Below, one piece after another: positions 32,720 to 44,388 of a DNA stretch of 64,000 bases (position 1 is the stretch's first letter; every line of letters begins with the position of its first letter). The notes beneath the pieces were generated by a model. That model did not search any database, was not told the DNA's origin, and saw only the letters and a program-made list of their open reading frames with translations. The position numbers and the translations under genes are program-made. The DNA lies in NCBI GenBank assembly GCA_963829055.1, contig CAWHHI010000020.1, positions 608,001 through 672,000 of the forward strand, in the 5' to 3' direction. The stretch comes from an uncultured Gemmatimonadaceae bacterium. GTDB taxonomy: Bacteria > Gemmatimonadota > Gemmatimonadetes > Gemmatimonadales > Gemmatimonadaceae.

Positions 32720-34316
32720 ATGCGCGACCACGTGACGCGGCGTCCCATGCCGGTCGAACAATCCATCCTCTGGAAGCCGCTGCGCGACTCTCACTATGTC
32801 GTCGCATCGCTGCAGCCGGCCGACGGCGGTCGCCGCAGGATCTTCATTCGCCAGCAGGTCGTTGCCCGTGTGGAAGCACTCGTGCGAGCCCATGGCCGTC
32901 GTACTGTCGGACTGCTCCTCGGCCAGTTGTATCAATGCTCCACAACCGGCGCGGACTACCTGGTCATCGAATCAATTTCGGAGCACGAGGTCGTCGGAGA
33001 CGAAAATGACCTAGCGACCACGATCGGCGCAGCGTTGGAGGACCGGTCGACACAGCGTCATGGCGTCTTCGGGTTTGGGGACGATCACGCACACGTTCTT
33101 GGTTGGTATCGCGGAGTGACGGCTGTCGAGGCAAGGCCATCACTCAGTACCGCGGGGATTCACGCCTCTCTCTTCGGTCAACCCTGGCAGACGACCCTCG
33201 TCGTCAGCGAAGGCACCCGGCCGGAGGGCGCGTTTTTTCTGCATGACGTCGTGAATTCGCGCTGGTTCTACGCGCCGTTTTACGAGCTGCTGAGCCACGC
33301 GCCCGCGCCGGACCAGCCAAAGGCGACGGTTATCAATTGGCCGCAGTACATGACAGCGGAACCAGTGGTTCCCGCAGAGCGTGCGGCCAGCGCTGCGCCA
33401 GAGGCGGAGCTGGCAGACGTCCGAGCCGCAGAAGCCCTATGAGCGGCCGTGGTTGAGGCGGCCATCGGACAAGCACACCAGGGAGGAGCGTAGTCGGTTA
33501 CGCGACGGCGCGGACTCGCCGCTCGTGGATACGCCGACTGCGCTAACGGGCGACGCACCGGAGCCCGTGTCGCACGATGGGCGGCCTCTGGCGGATCAGC
33601 CTGTGGTGGACCGCCCAGTGACGAATCGGCCCGCCCCGCGGTCGGCTGACGCGCCACGAGGAAATCGAGAACGGCCGGGCTCGCGACGCGAGGAAAAGTC
33701 GACGGAAAAGCTGTCGATCGTCGATGACCGCGATCAGAAAAAGGAGACACCGCCGAGCACGCGCCGGCTCGGCGATGACGACGATACCGTCATGGGCGAG
33801 GACCCCGGCCGCTACATCGAGATTGCCCGTGCGGAGGGCTTCTTCATTGCCGCGAAATTCGACGCCGCGGGAGAGAGAGGTCGCGCGGAAACGCTCTGGG
33901 TGCTGAACGAGCCGTATTCCGGTTTATTGCTCGCCGTAGTGGGTGCGGGCTCGGAAGTCGTCGACGCGACCCTTCACTACAACCTGCAGACAGACGACGT
34001 GGGGTTGCAGCAGACGCCCTTCCCCGAGCACCGCGATCCCGAGTCGAAGACGATCTATGTTCGGGAGACGTGCATGGACTCGTTACGCGCGCGGTGCCGT
34101 CGCCTCCGAGCGACGAACGCGCTGCTGCGCGAGTGGAAAGTGACGCCGCCGATCTCCTTTCTCACGCCCGGCGAGTGGGAGTCCATCCCGGTGTCCGGCA
34201 CCGCGGCAGACGGCGGTGTCCGGGGGACCAGTGACCTCAACAAGGCGCGAATCGCGGAGCTGCCGCCCGGAGTTCGGAGCCAGTTCCATCTCCCCGGCGG
34301 CGAATCGAACGCCTAA
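32720..34316 (+). CDS. Hypothetical protein with a degenerate JAB/MPN-like N-terminal domain, low-complexity linker and unknown C-terminal domain (probable frameshift near 33440)
   Basis: RIFIRQQV...VGLLLG...YLVIE...VLGWY...H..LF.QPWQTTLVV resembles the MPN pattern; ORFs 32720..33442 and 33381..34316. Confidence 0.55.
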
Positions 34317-34321
34317 CGACG

Positions 34322-35308
34322 CTACGGCTCGAGCACCATTTTCCCGCCGGTCTCCCGCGTCTCGACCGCGCGGTGCGCCTCCAGCACGCGATGCGCCTCC
34401 GCCGCGTCGGCCAGCGGGAACGTCCTCTCGATCGCCAGGTGCAGCCATCCCTCGGCGAGCCAGCTCAATAGCTCGGTTGTCCGAGCGGCGAACTCCTCGG
34501 CCGCCGCGACGTGATGCGCGAATAGGGGACGAGTGAGGTAGAGCGAGCCCTTGCGGTTCAGGATCTGCGGATCGACCGGTGCGACCGGCCCGCTGGCCTG
34601 CCCGCAGAGCACCATCATGCCGCGGGGACTGAGGCAGTCGAGACTTCCGTCGAACGTGTCCTTGCCAACGGAGTCGTATACCACTTGCACTCCCCTCCCG
34701 CCCGTTAGGCGGCCCACTTCCGCGACGAAATCCTGCCGCGGATAGAGTATCACCTCGTCGGCACCGGCGTCGCGGACCAGCGTGGCCTTCTCCGGCGTCG
34801 AGGTCGTGCCGACCACCCACGCGCCGCGCCGCTTCGCGATCTGGCAGAGAAGGAGGCCGACCCCTCCCGCCGCCGCGTGTATCAGGCACCGGTCCCCCGG
34901 TTTCAGCGGGTACGTGGACATCGCGAGGTAGTGGGCGGTGATCCCGCGCATGAGCACGGCGCCGCCGACCCTCGCCTCGACGGCGTCGGGAAGTCTGACG
35001 AGCCGTTCCGCCCGCGCCGTCGCCAACTCGGCGTACGCCCCCTTGAACGATTCCGAGGTAACACGGTCGCCCACTCGCGGCCAGGTCACTCCTTTGCCCA
35101 CCGCGACTACGGTACCGGCACCCTCGCCCCCCGGCGTGAAGGGATATTGCACGGGGACCTCCCCGCTCCGCTGAAAAACTTCGACGACGTTGACGCCGAT
35201 CGCCTCCAACTTGACGACGGCCTCCCCAGGGCCGGGGTCCGGGTCAGGGACGTCCTCGAGGCGCATCACCTCCGGACCACCCGGCGCCGGGACACGAATG
35301 GCCTTCAT
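34322..35308 (-). CDS. qor: NADPH:quinone oxidoreductase (zeta-crystallin / MDR family)
   Basis: MKAIRV..PGGPEVM, HAAAGGVG, VVYDSVGKDTF, KGSLYLTRP. Confidence 0.92.
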   Translation of the reverse strand: MKAIRVPAPGGPEVMRLEDVPDPDPGPGEAVVKLEAIGVNVVEVFQRSGEVPVQYPFTPGGEGAGTVVAVGKGVTWPRVGDRVTSESFKGAYAELATARAERLVRLPDAVEARVGGAVLMRGITAHYLAMSTYPLKPGDRCLIHAAAGGVGLLLCQIAKRRGAWVVGTTSTPEKATLVRDAGADEVILYPRQDFVAEVGRLTGGRGVQVVYDSVGKDTFDGSLDCLSPRGMMVLCGQASGPVAPVDPQILNRKGSLYLTRPLFAHHVAAAEEFAARTTELLSWLAEGWLHLAIERTFPLADAAEAHRVLEAHRAVETRETGGKMVLEP

Positions 35309-35469
35309 GTGGCCCTCATTATCAGCTCGGGATCGGTTTCAGCCACAGCGCCGCGGGCGCAAGGGACAACAAGGAACAACAAGGGATCGACACGTTAGGC
35401 GCTGAGTACGTTGGGACGACCGATCGCAAGCCACGGCCCATGGGATGTCGCTGCCGCGCATGAGGACGT

Positions 35470-37962
35470 TCACGAACGCGACGCCGCGAGGTCAACAAGA
35501 GCGTCTACGCGTTGCGCAATTTCCGGCGCCGCGTGGCACCAGCTATGCCAAAGCGCGCCTGAGTCACCAGCGCTACGATACCCATTGTCCAGTTGTTGTG
35601 CGATGCCGAGGTGGCATGCCACGGGGGACGAGTGGAGCGCCGGGGCGATTTCCGGTGACGTACCCGGAACCACGGAAACGCCCTTGTTCGGCGATTCGCG
35701 AACCGAGCGATACTGATGAGGAAAGAAGCGGCTCAGCGATTCCTGCATGGGGGTTCCCATCGTGAACAGGTACACGACGGCCGCGGCACCTTCCCCTCCC
35801 GGTCCGTACCCGAGGCGCGTTAGGCGCACATCACCCTGCCTGGGACCCGCCTCTGCCTCATGCCTCAGAAAGCCAAGGAGGTCGGTCGAGATGAGCGCGC
35901 CGAGGTCACGCGCCACAATGACAACGCCTGTGTAGGGGGTCGGCTCTTCATCCTCGACCCCGACGGACGCGATGTGTCGGAGGAGCGAGACATAGCGCTC
36001 GGCGATCCGCGCTCGGGGCGTGTCGTCACCCGGCAGCGCGCGAAGATAGTTATCCACGCTCAGCATGGCGCCGAGTCGCGAGCTTCCGACGTTCGCCACA
36101 ATCGCGATGAGCACGGCCGCTGCGGCCGTCACGGCCGCGATGGTGCCAATGTTCAACGTCGTGAGTCGCTGAGCAGTGCGGAAGCCGGACGCGAGGAACG
36201 GGGGGAGAGCGATGAGGGATGATCCGTGCAGCCCCACGACACTGGCCGGTGGGATGACGAAGATTGCGATCCACAAAAGCCACGTGACGGCGGAGGTTGT
36301 ATCGGATCCGCGCGAGAACGACGGCAGAAGCAACCCCGCTCCTGCCAGAGCGAGCGTCCCGACGAGACCGCAGCTCATGGTCAGCACGAACAGTACGCCG
36401 AAGTACTGCTGCACACTCGGCTGGCCGGGACATGGGCTGTCCGCCGCCATCGGCGGTAATTGGAGTGACGAGCTGAATGCGACCGGTTCCGGGACCCTTC
36501 GTTCCAGCCAGTCCGGGAGCGGAGCAATGGACAGCGTGAGGCACTGGAACGCGCTGGACTTTCGTGCAACGTAGGGGAACACCCCCGCCCAGAGAACCAT
36601 CGTGAAAAGCAGGACGCCTATCGAGGACCAGGCCAGGACGAGGCGTCCCGTACGCAGGGCCGTCCGCGCTCGACCGCGCCGAGCGTCTGCGGCGGCGGTG
36701 TCCCCGGAATCACCGTGCATCCTGGTTGCGACGTAGCCGGCCAGAGCAATGACCACGGCCAGGAAGCAGAGCATGAACCAAAGCGCTCTGAGTGACACCC
36801 ACTCGACCTGAATGGTCCACAACGTCGCCTGCTCCACCGAGCCTAACGCGGCGGTCGGCAGCAGATTCACCGCTGCGCCTGGATAGTAAATCGCTCGGTG
36901 CTGGGCGCCGCTGGCGGCGAGGCACCACATGAAACCCGCCGCACAAGCGAAGTACAGGAGATGCCCCAACCAGAGTGCTCCCGGCCTAACGCGATCGTAC
37001 TGCCGGAACACGAGGTGAGCGAGCGCCCACCCGGTGAGCCACCACTCGACCGCGGTGAGGATGGGGCGTTGCGACGGTCCGACAATCTTTTCGAAGGCGA
37101 CGCCCAAGCCCCCACCAAGTATGATCAACGCTACCGGAGGAATCGCACTCCGGGACAGCCCGCGCTCGAAGAGCGTCTCGACGATTGTCTTGTGGAACAG
37201 CGCGTACGCAACCGCCCCGCCAATAATTCCCCCAAGCATGGCCGACGCAATGACGGGAGCAGTGTCGGAGAGCAGCCGAACCACCACCGGACCGAGCGAC
37301 CCTAGCAACAGAATGGCGGTCAGCAGGGCAATGGGGAGTACGAGTAGCCGAACCGCATACGCCTGCATCCTGGAGATCCACCGCCACGTCCGACTGCCTC
37401 GATGCTCCCGAGCAGCGTCGTCAACCGCCTGCCGCCCGAGATCCGCTACTTGCAGCACGAGCTGATACAGGGCGCCGAAAAACGCCCACGGACCCTTGGC
37501 GATTCGCAAGAGGTCCGCCGAATACATGTCGAACACGTCGACGCGGGTACCGTCCGATCGCTGGCCCTCGAGACGCGTTGTCAGGTACGCTGCTTGTTCG
37601 CCTGCTCCCTTGTAGCCCACGAGGCGCATGCGCATCGACTCATGCGCGACATAGGCGGGGTCACTGATAGGGGTCGCCTCGACGGATGAGCACAACGCCT
37701 TTTCGCGGTCCGCGATCTCAACCGGGTGGAGCGGGAGATAGACCGGATGCTCATGGAACCGGGAGTACCGCGCATCGGGCAGCGATTGCAGCAGGCTCGC
37801 CACGTCGACGGCGAAATCCCCTCGCTGTTGTTTCACGTCGCCCTGGACAGTGATTATCGCAATGCGAGCGCGGCTAGCGGTACATCCCTCTTCAACTTCG
37901 GCGCTCGAAAATGGAGTACCAACGGTACCCATCGATGCCTCGTCGTTCGAGAACACAGCCAA
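35470..37962 (-). CDS. Polytopic membrane protein with degenerate alpha/beta-hydrolase-like termini
   Basis: 830 aa open frame with many hydrophobic helices; IAIITVQG, VVIVARDLG, LFTMGTP motifs. Confidence 0.6.
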   Translation of the reverse strand: MAVFSNDEASMGTVGTPFSSAEVEEGCTASRARIAIITVQGDVKQQRGDFAVDVASLLQSLPDARYSRFHEHPVYLPLHPVEIADREKALCSSVEATPISDPAYVAHESMRMRLVGYKGAGEQAAYLTTRLEGQRSDGTRVDVFDMYSADLLRIAKGPWAFFGALYQLVLQVADLGRQAVDDAAREHRGSRTWRWISRMQAYAVRLLVLPIALLTAILLLGSLGPVVVRLLSDTAPVIASAMLGGIIGGAVAYALFHKTIVETLFERGLSRSAIPPVALIILGGGLGVAFEKIVGPSQRPILTAVEWWLTGWALAHLVFRQYDRVRPGALWLGHLLYFACAAGFMWCLAASGAQHRAIYYPGAAVNLLPTAALGSVEQATLWTIQVEWVSLRALWFMLCFLAVVIALAGYVATRMHGDSGDTAAADARRGRARTALRTGRLVLAWSSIGVLLFTMVLWAGVFPYVARKSSAFQCLTLSIAPLPDWLERRVPEPVAFSSSLQLPPMAADSPCPGQPSVQQYFGVLFVLTMSCGLVGTLALAGAGLLLPSFSRGSDTTSAVTWLLWIAIFVIPPASVVGLHGSSLIALPPFLASGFRTAQRLTTLNIGTIAAVTAAAAVLIAIVANVGSSRLGAMLSVDNYLRALPGDDTPRARIAERYVSLLRHIASVGVEDEEPTPYTGVVIVARDLGALISTDLLGFLRHEAEAGPRQGDVRLTRLGYGPGGEGAAAVVYLFTMGTPMQESLSRFFPHQYRSVRESPNKGVSVVPGTSPEIAPALHSSPVACHLGIAQQLDNGYRSAGDSGALWHSWCHAAPEIAQRVDALVDLAASRS

Positions 37963-38055
37963 CCGTCGCGGAACTGTCCGTGATGAATGAAGCAGTTCCA
38001 GCAGTAAGTGGCCAGACCCATGCTGCTGTGTCGGTATAAGGAAGCATGTGACACA

Positions 38056-38089
38056 GCGGCCCCGGGACGCGTTCGCGTCCCGGGGCCGC
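38056..38089 (-). terminator. GC-rich hairpin downstream of ahcY
   Basis: GCGGCCCCGGGACGCG-tt-CGCGTCCCGGGGCCGC perfect inverted repeat about 40 nt after the ahcY stop. Confidence 0.7.
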
Positions 38090-38127
38090 CTGCCGTTCCC
38101 GATTCCCCATGCGGGGTTTCAGCCGAT

Positions 38128-39611
<1,484 letters not shown>

Positions 39612-39647
39612 CAATCCTCATCGTTAGGTAAGTGAATCATGCAGAGT

Positions 39648-39672
39648 GCTATCAGCTATCAGCTATCAGCTA
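39648..39672. repeat. Tandem heptamer repeat (GCTATCA) x3.5
   Basis: gctatca gctatca gctatca gcta at the sahR 3' end / ahcY leader. Confidence 0.8.
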
Positions 39673-40637
39673 CTGACGGCTGAGACTCCGGCTCCGAGCA
39701 TCCGCTGCCACGACGAACAACGCCGGGCCATTCGCGTCCGCATCGACTGGCAGCGGCGTGTAACGCACGCCGAGTGAAGCCGGCGGCGGACAGCCACTCG
39801 GTCATCTGCTCGGACGAAAAACCCTGCCACACGTGGCCCATCTGCTGGCGGTACTCCTCGCGGTCGTGCGGCATCATGTCGACCACGATCAGGCGTCCGC
39901 CCGGCCGTAGCACACGCGCCGCCTCGCCTAACGCCTTCTGCGGCTCGGCAATGTAGTGCAGCACGAGCGACATGACGGCCGCGTCCATCTGACCGGGCTC
40001 GATCGGCAGCGCCTCCAGCTCGCCCTGCCTGATCTCGACGTTGCTCAAGCCATCGAGCCGGCGGCGGGCGGCGGCGAGCATTGCCGCCGACGCGTCGACG
40101 GCGATGACGCGCTGCACGAACGGCGCGAGCGTCGCCGTGAGCGGGCCGGTGCCGCAACCCAGGTCGGCGATGAGCCAGTCGGGGTCGACCAGCGCGAGCA
40201 TGCCGGCCAGCGGCGATCGCTCGCCGAACAGCTCGCCGCGCACTGCGTCCCACTGTCCCGCGACGGACGAGAAGAACTCCTGCGAGCGCGACCGGCGTTC
40301 GCTCAACACGCCGTCCACGCGGCGCGAGTCCTGGCGCCCGGCGGGACTCGCGGCTACCTGGTCACGCACGATCGTCCAGAGCTGGCGCGCGGCCGAATCG
40401 AGCGCCGTCTCCAGTCGGTAGTAGCGGCTGGTGCCATCGGCTCGGGACGCCACCCACCCGTCGTCGCTCAGGATCTTGAGGTGGCGGCTCACCGTGGATC
40501 TGCGGGAGCTGCAGCACCGAACAGAGCTCGGTGACCGTGAGCTCGCGATCCTCCAGCACGTGAAGCAGCCGGCTCCGTGTTGGGTCGGAGAGCGCGCTGA
40601 GCTGGTCGAAGACGCCGGGGCGTAGAGTAGTATTCAT
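39659..40637 (-). CDS. sahR: ArsR HTH + SAM-binding methyltransferase-like regulator (SahR type; frameshifted)
   Basis: ALSDPTRSRLL...ELTVTELC...VSRHLKIL HTH; ADLGCGTG SAM-binding motif; directly upstream of ahcY. Confidence 0.85.
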
Positions 40638-40652
40638 CCGTATATCCGGATG
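40635..40652. promoter_or_regulatory. Palindromic operator, putative SahR site
   Basis: CATCCG-tatatc-CGGATG (ATC-N10-GAT) overlapping the sahR start codon. Confidence 0.65.
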
Positions 40653-40654
40653 TA

Positions 40655-40683
40655 ACGCTACAACCATCGGACCCGAGAGTCAA
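40655..40683 (-). promoter_or_regulatory. Sigma70-type promoter of sahR-ahcY
   Basis: Minus strand TTGACT-N17-TAGCGT. Confidence 0.6.
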
Positions 40684-40894
40684 GCACCCGTGGTCCCCTG
40701 TAGGAGCGAGTTCGTTGCGATCCAGAACGCGCTCCGTAAGTAGGTGAACCGGCGTGAGGCGAAGTTCCGGCGCTCCGGATTGTGCACCCCGGCACATGGC
40801 AGCGCCGGGGTCAACCATCTATAGTTCCGTCCGTTCCGTGCCTGGCGCTGTTGCCGGCATTGGGTGGAGTCCCGTTCGAGGAGTAGTGCCGCGA

Positions 40895-41770
40895 ATGATT
40901 CGACGGAGGGTCGTGCTCCTTCCGCTGCGCGCAGCACGTCTCGGTCGCCTCGCGCTGCTGCTCCTCGGCAGCGCGATGGCGTGCGAATCCGCACCCGCCT
41001 CGAACGCGGATTCCGCCGTCGCACAGGCGCCGAAGGACACGGGCGCAGTCACGGACAAGTACGTGCCCAGCGTCGACGAGGGCCTTGGCGCGTCGATCGC
41101 GATCCTGATCGACAACTCCGGTTCGATGAAGAAAGCGGCCGAGGGCGACAGCCGCCGAAGTACGTCGTCGCGCGCGAGGCGCTCGAAGCAATGCTGGCGT
41201 CGACCGACTCGTTCGTGGCGCGAGCAGCCGGACTTCCCGATCAACGTCGGCCTGTACCGGTTCTCGAGTCCGCGTGACGGCGATGGTGCCGATCAGGCGC
41301 TACGACCGCGGCCGCGCCTCAAGTCGCGGCGCTCGACATCGATGCCCGAACCCGACGGCGGCACCGCGATCGGAAGGGCGATGGACGTCGCGCGTGACGA
41401 CCTCTATCGCGCCGGGACATTCCGGAAGTACATCCTTGTCGTCACCGACGGCGAGAACACGGACGGCGTGTCGCCTCGCCGCATCGCGCAAGAGATCAAC
41501 CGGCGCAGTGAAGGCGCGGTGCGCATGTACTTCGTCGCGTTCGACGTCGACGCCGAGCGGTTCGCGCTTCGTGCGCGACGTGCGAGGCGAGGTGGTCGGC
41601 GCCCGCAACGGCTGACGCGCTCCGCGCACGACTCGACGACGATCTACCGCGGGAAGATTCTTTCCGAAGCAGTGGATGCCGGCGAGACCTCAGCGCGGCT
41701 TGCCGCCGATTCGGCCTCGCGCGATTCGGCCAAGCCTCCGACGACTCCGAGGAAGGACACACGACCATGA
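40895..41770 (+). CDS. VWA-domain lipoprotein (frameshifted)
   Basis: LLLLGSAMAC lipobox-like; MIDAS residues in ILIDNSGS, GGTAIG, ILVVTDG; stop overlaps next ATG. Confidence 0.8.
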   Translation: MIRRRVVLLPLRAARLGRLALLLLGSAMACESAPASNADSAVAQAPKDTGAVTDKYVPSVDEGLGASIAILIDNSGSMKKAAEGDSRRSTSSRARRSKQCWRRPTRSWREQPDFPINVGLYRFSSPRDGDGADQALRPRPRLKSRRSTSMPEPDGGTAIGRAMDVARDDLYRAGTFRKYILVVTDGENTDGVSPRRIAQEINRRSEGAVRMYFVAFDVDAERFALRARRARRGGRRPQRLTRSAHDSTTIYRGKILSEAVDAGETSARLAADSASRDSAKPPTTPRKDTRP

Positions 41771-42518
41771 TCATGGGAAAATTCTTCCAGCGCGTTCCGC
41801 GCGCAGCTCAACAAGATCGCGAACATCTTCTTCGAGGCTGACCCGATCGCGGTGATGCAGCTCGAGGTGGATCAGGCGACCGAGCGTCTCAAGGAAGGAC
41901 GGAAGGGACTCGAGATGTATCGCGGCCTCGTGGAGACCGTCGCGCGTCAGGTCGCGGCCGGCAAGTCGAACATCGTCCAGCTCGAGGCGCAGATCAAAGC
42001 GCATCTCAAGGCAGGCAATCGCGACGTGGCCGGCCAGCTCGCGATTCAGCTGCAGAAGGCGCAGACGGAGCTCGCGCGAACAACGAGCAGCAGCTCGAGA
42101 TGCACGAGCAGGCCTATCAGAACAACCTGCTCAAGATTCAGAAGGCGAACAAAGACATCGTGAAGGTGACGCGACAAGATCCGGCAGTACGACGCGGAGC
42201 TGAAGATGAGCGCGGCGGAGGCCGAGATCGCGCAGATCTCCGAGTCGTTCGACATGAACGTGACGACGGACTTCGGCGAGATCGAGTCACGTGATCCAGC
42301 AGAAGATCGACACGAACCGCGGCCGCGCGCGCGTGGCGACCGACATGTCGTCGAAGGGCATCGAGTCGATCAAGGCCGAGGAAGCGGCCGAGAAGGCGAT
42401 GGCCGAGGATCTTCTCTCGAAGTACGAGGTGCAGCTCGGTCTCAAGTCGCCGGAAACGACGCCGGTGGCGGATACCGTCAAGAGTCTCGGACCGCGGTGG
42501 AAAACAAATAGGGACTAG
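41767..42518 (+). CDS. PspA/IM30 (bacterial ESCRT-III-like) family protein (frameshifted)
   Basis: Amphipathic N-terminus MIMGKFF..FRAQLNK, ADPIAVMQLEVDQATERL, long coiled coil with LKAGNRDVAGQLA, about 245 aa after joining ORFs 41852.., 42100.., 42206.., 42291.. Confidence 0.75.
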
Positions 42519-42622
42519 GGACTGGGGCTGGGGCCAGTGACTCGGCGAGGATGCTAGCTCGCAGCGAAGCTCCCGCCGAGTCCCTAGTCCCCAGTCCCGA
42601 GTCCCAGCAACCAGTCCTCTAG
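42508..42622. repeat. Intergenic hairpin with heptamer arms (GGGACTA / TAGTCCC-like)
   Basis: gggactagggactggggctgggg...gactcggcg...cgccgagtc cctagtccccagtcccgagtccc. Confidence 0.7.
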
Positions 42623-42638
42623 CTCCACGTACCCAACC

Positions 42639-44381
42639 ATGGCAAACGGCAGACCGAAACCGGCGTTCTTCCTCGTGATGTTCCTCGTCGTCGCGGGGCT
42701 GATCTACTACGGCGTCTCGCGCTTCGGCGGCACGAAGCCGGCCTCGGCGGCAGCGACAGCTCGAGCCATCTCGCCGACGGATCTCGCGAACAGAAGGGCG
42801 GGCCCGAGGCGCCTGACGCGAGCAGCGTCACGACGGTCAAGGAGTACAGCTACGTCGCGAGCGCCAAGCTGCCCGAGGTGAAGGGCACGTCGGCCTACAC
42901 GCCGATGGTCGACAACACCGTGCGCATGGCGCTCAACGTGTGGGCGGGATGGGCGCCGGTGATCCACGCCAACAACGGCTTCAAGGCCGGCAAGGTCTGG
43001 AAGACGCCGAGCGGCAAGACGTTCAAGCTCGAGCTCGTGCTGATCGACGACCCGATCGCCATGCGCGACGCCTACGCGTCGGGCAAGGTGCACATCGGGT
43101 GGGCGACGCTCGACATGATACCGCTGTTCGTCGAGCAGTTGCGAAAGGACTCGCGCACGATGCCGCGCGTCTACCAGCAGATCGACTGGTCGAACGGCGG
43201 CGACGGCATCGTGTGTCGCGCAGAACGTCAAGTCGGTGACCGACCTGCGCGGCAAGACGGTCGTGCTCGCGCAGAACTCGCCGTCGCACTTCTTCCTGCT
43301 CAACACGCTCATCAGCGGCGGCCTGCAGCCGGCGACGTGCAGTACAAGTTCACGCAGGACGCGTTCCAGGCGGCCGCGGCGTTCAACGCCGACAAGTCCG
43401 TGGCGTGCGCCGTGAGCTGGGCGCCGGACATCTACAACCTCGCCGACGCGAGCGGGCAACAAGATGCTCGTGAACACGCAGACGGCGAACAAGCTCATCG
43501 CCGACGTGTGGTTCGCGCGCGCCGACTTCGCGAAGGACAACCGCGCGATCATCGAAGGGCTCGTCGCGCGGGATCTTCGAGGCGATGGAGACGCTGAAGA
43601 GCGCAGGACGGGAAGGCGACAGGTCGCGAAGCTGATGGCCGCCGGGCTACTCCATTCCGGAGAAGGACGCGCTCGGCATGCTCGGCGACGCGCACTCGAC
43701 GAACTACGCCGAGAATCGCGAGTTCTTCCTCAACCAGAACAACCCGACGAACTTCGAGCGCACGTGGAACACGGCGTACTTCCTCTACCGGAAGATCGGC
43801 AGCGTGTCGGGGAATCCGGTGCCGTTCGACCAGGTGATGGACTTCTCGGTCATCCAGAAGCTCGGCGAGCGAGCCGGTCTACGCGAACTCAGAAGAACGA
43901 GTATCAGGTGCAGTTCGTGCCGACGTCGGCGACGGCGGTGCAGGCCGAGAGCAACGAGATTCTCACGAAGAGCATCGTCATCCAGTTCTACCCGAACTCC
44001 GACGACATCGAGAAGACGATCGAGAAGACGGTGGACGGAAAGACGGTGCAGGAGGCGTACGATCCGAACGCGCCGTTCGTGGTCGAGGAGGCGGGCAAGC
44101 TCGCCGGACAGTTCGGCGCGGCGCGCATCGTCATCGAGGGCCACACCGACGCGTCGATGAAGAACTCGGGCACCGTCACGGCGGCCGACGTGCAGGAGCT
44201 CTCGCTCCGGCGCGCGAACGCGGTGAAGCAGGCGCTCATTCGCAAGTTCCCGTCGCTGCAGCCCAATCAGTTCACCACGGCGGGCCGCGGGTGGGATCGG
44301 CCGGCCGATCCGAGCGACCCGAACAACAACGCGAAGAACCGGCGCGTCGAGATCAAGGTCTATCCGCTGGAGTCGAAGTAG
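42639..44381 (+). CDS. NMT1/SsuA-like ABC substrate-binding protein fused to a C-terminal OmpA-like peptidoglycan-binding domain (frameshifted)
   Basis: N-terminal TM anchor; WAGWAP, IDWSNGGDGIV, DLRGKTV, LIADV; OmpA motifs IEGHTD, LSLRRANAVK, NRRVEI. Confidence 0.8.
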
Positions 44382-44388
44382 GTCCGCG

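Noticed and set aside
39612..39700. SAH or SAM riboswitch upstream of ahcY
   Set aside because: No recognisable aptamer core in the short spacer; regulation is explained by the sahR promoter and operator.
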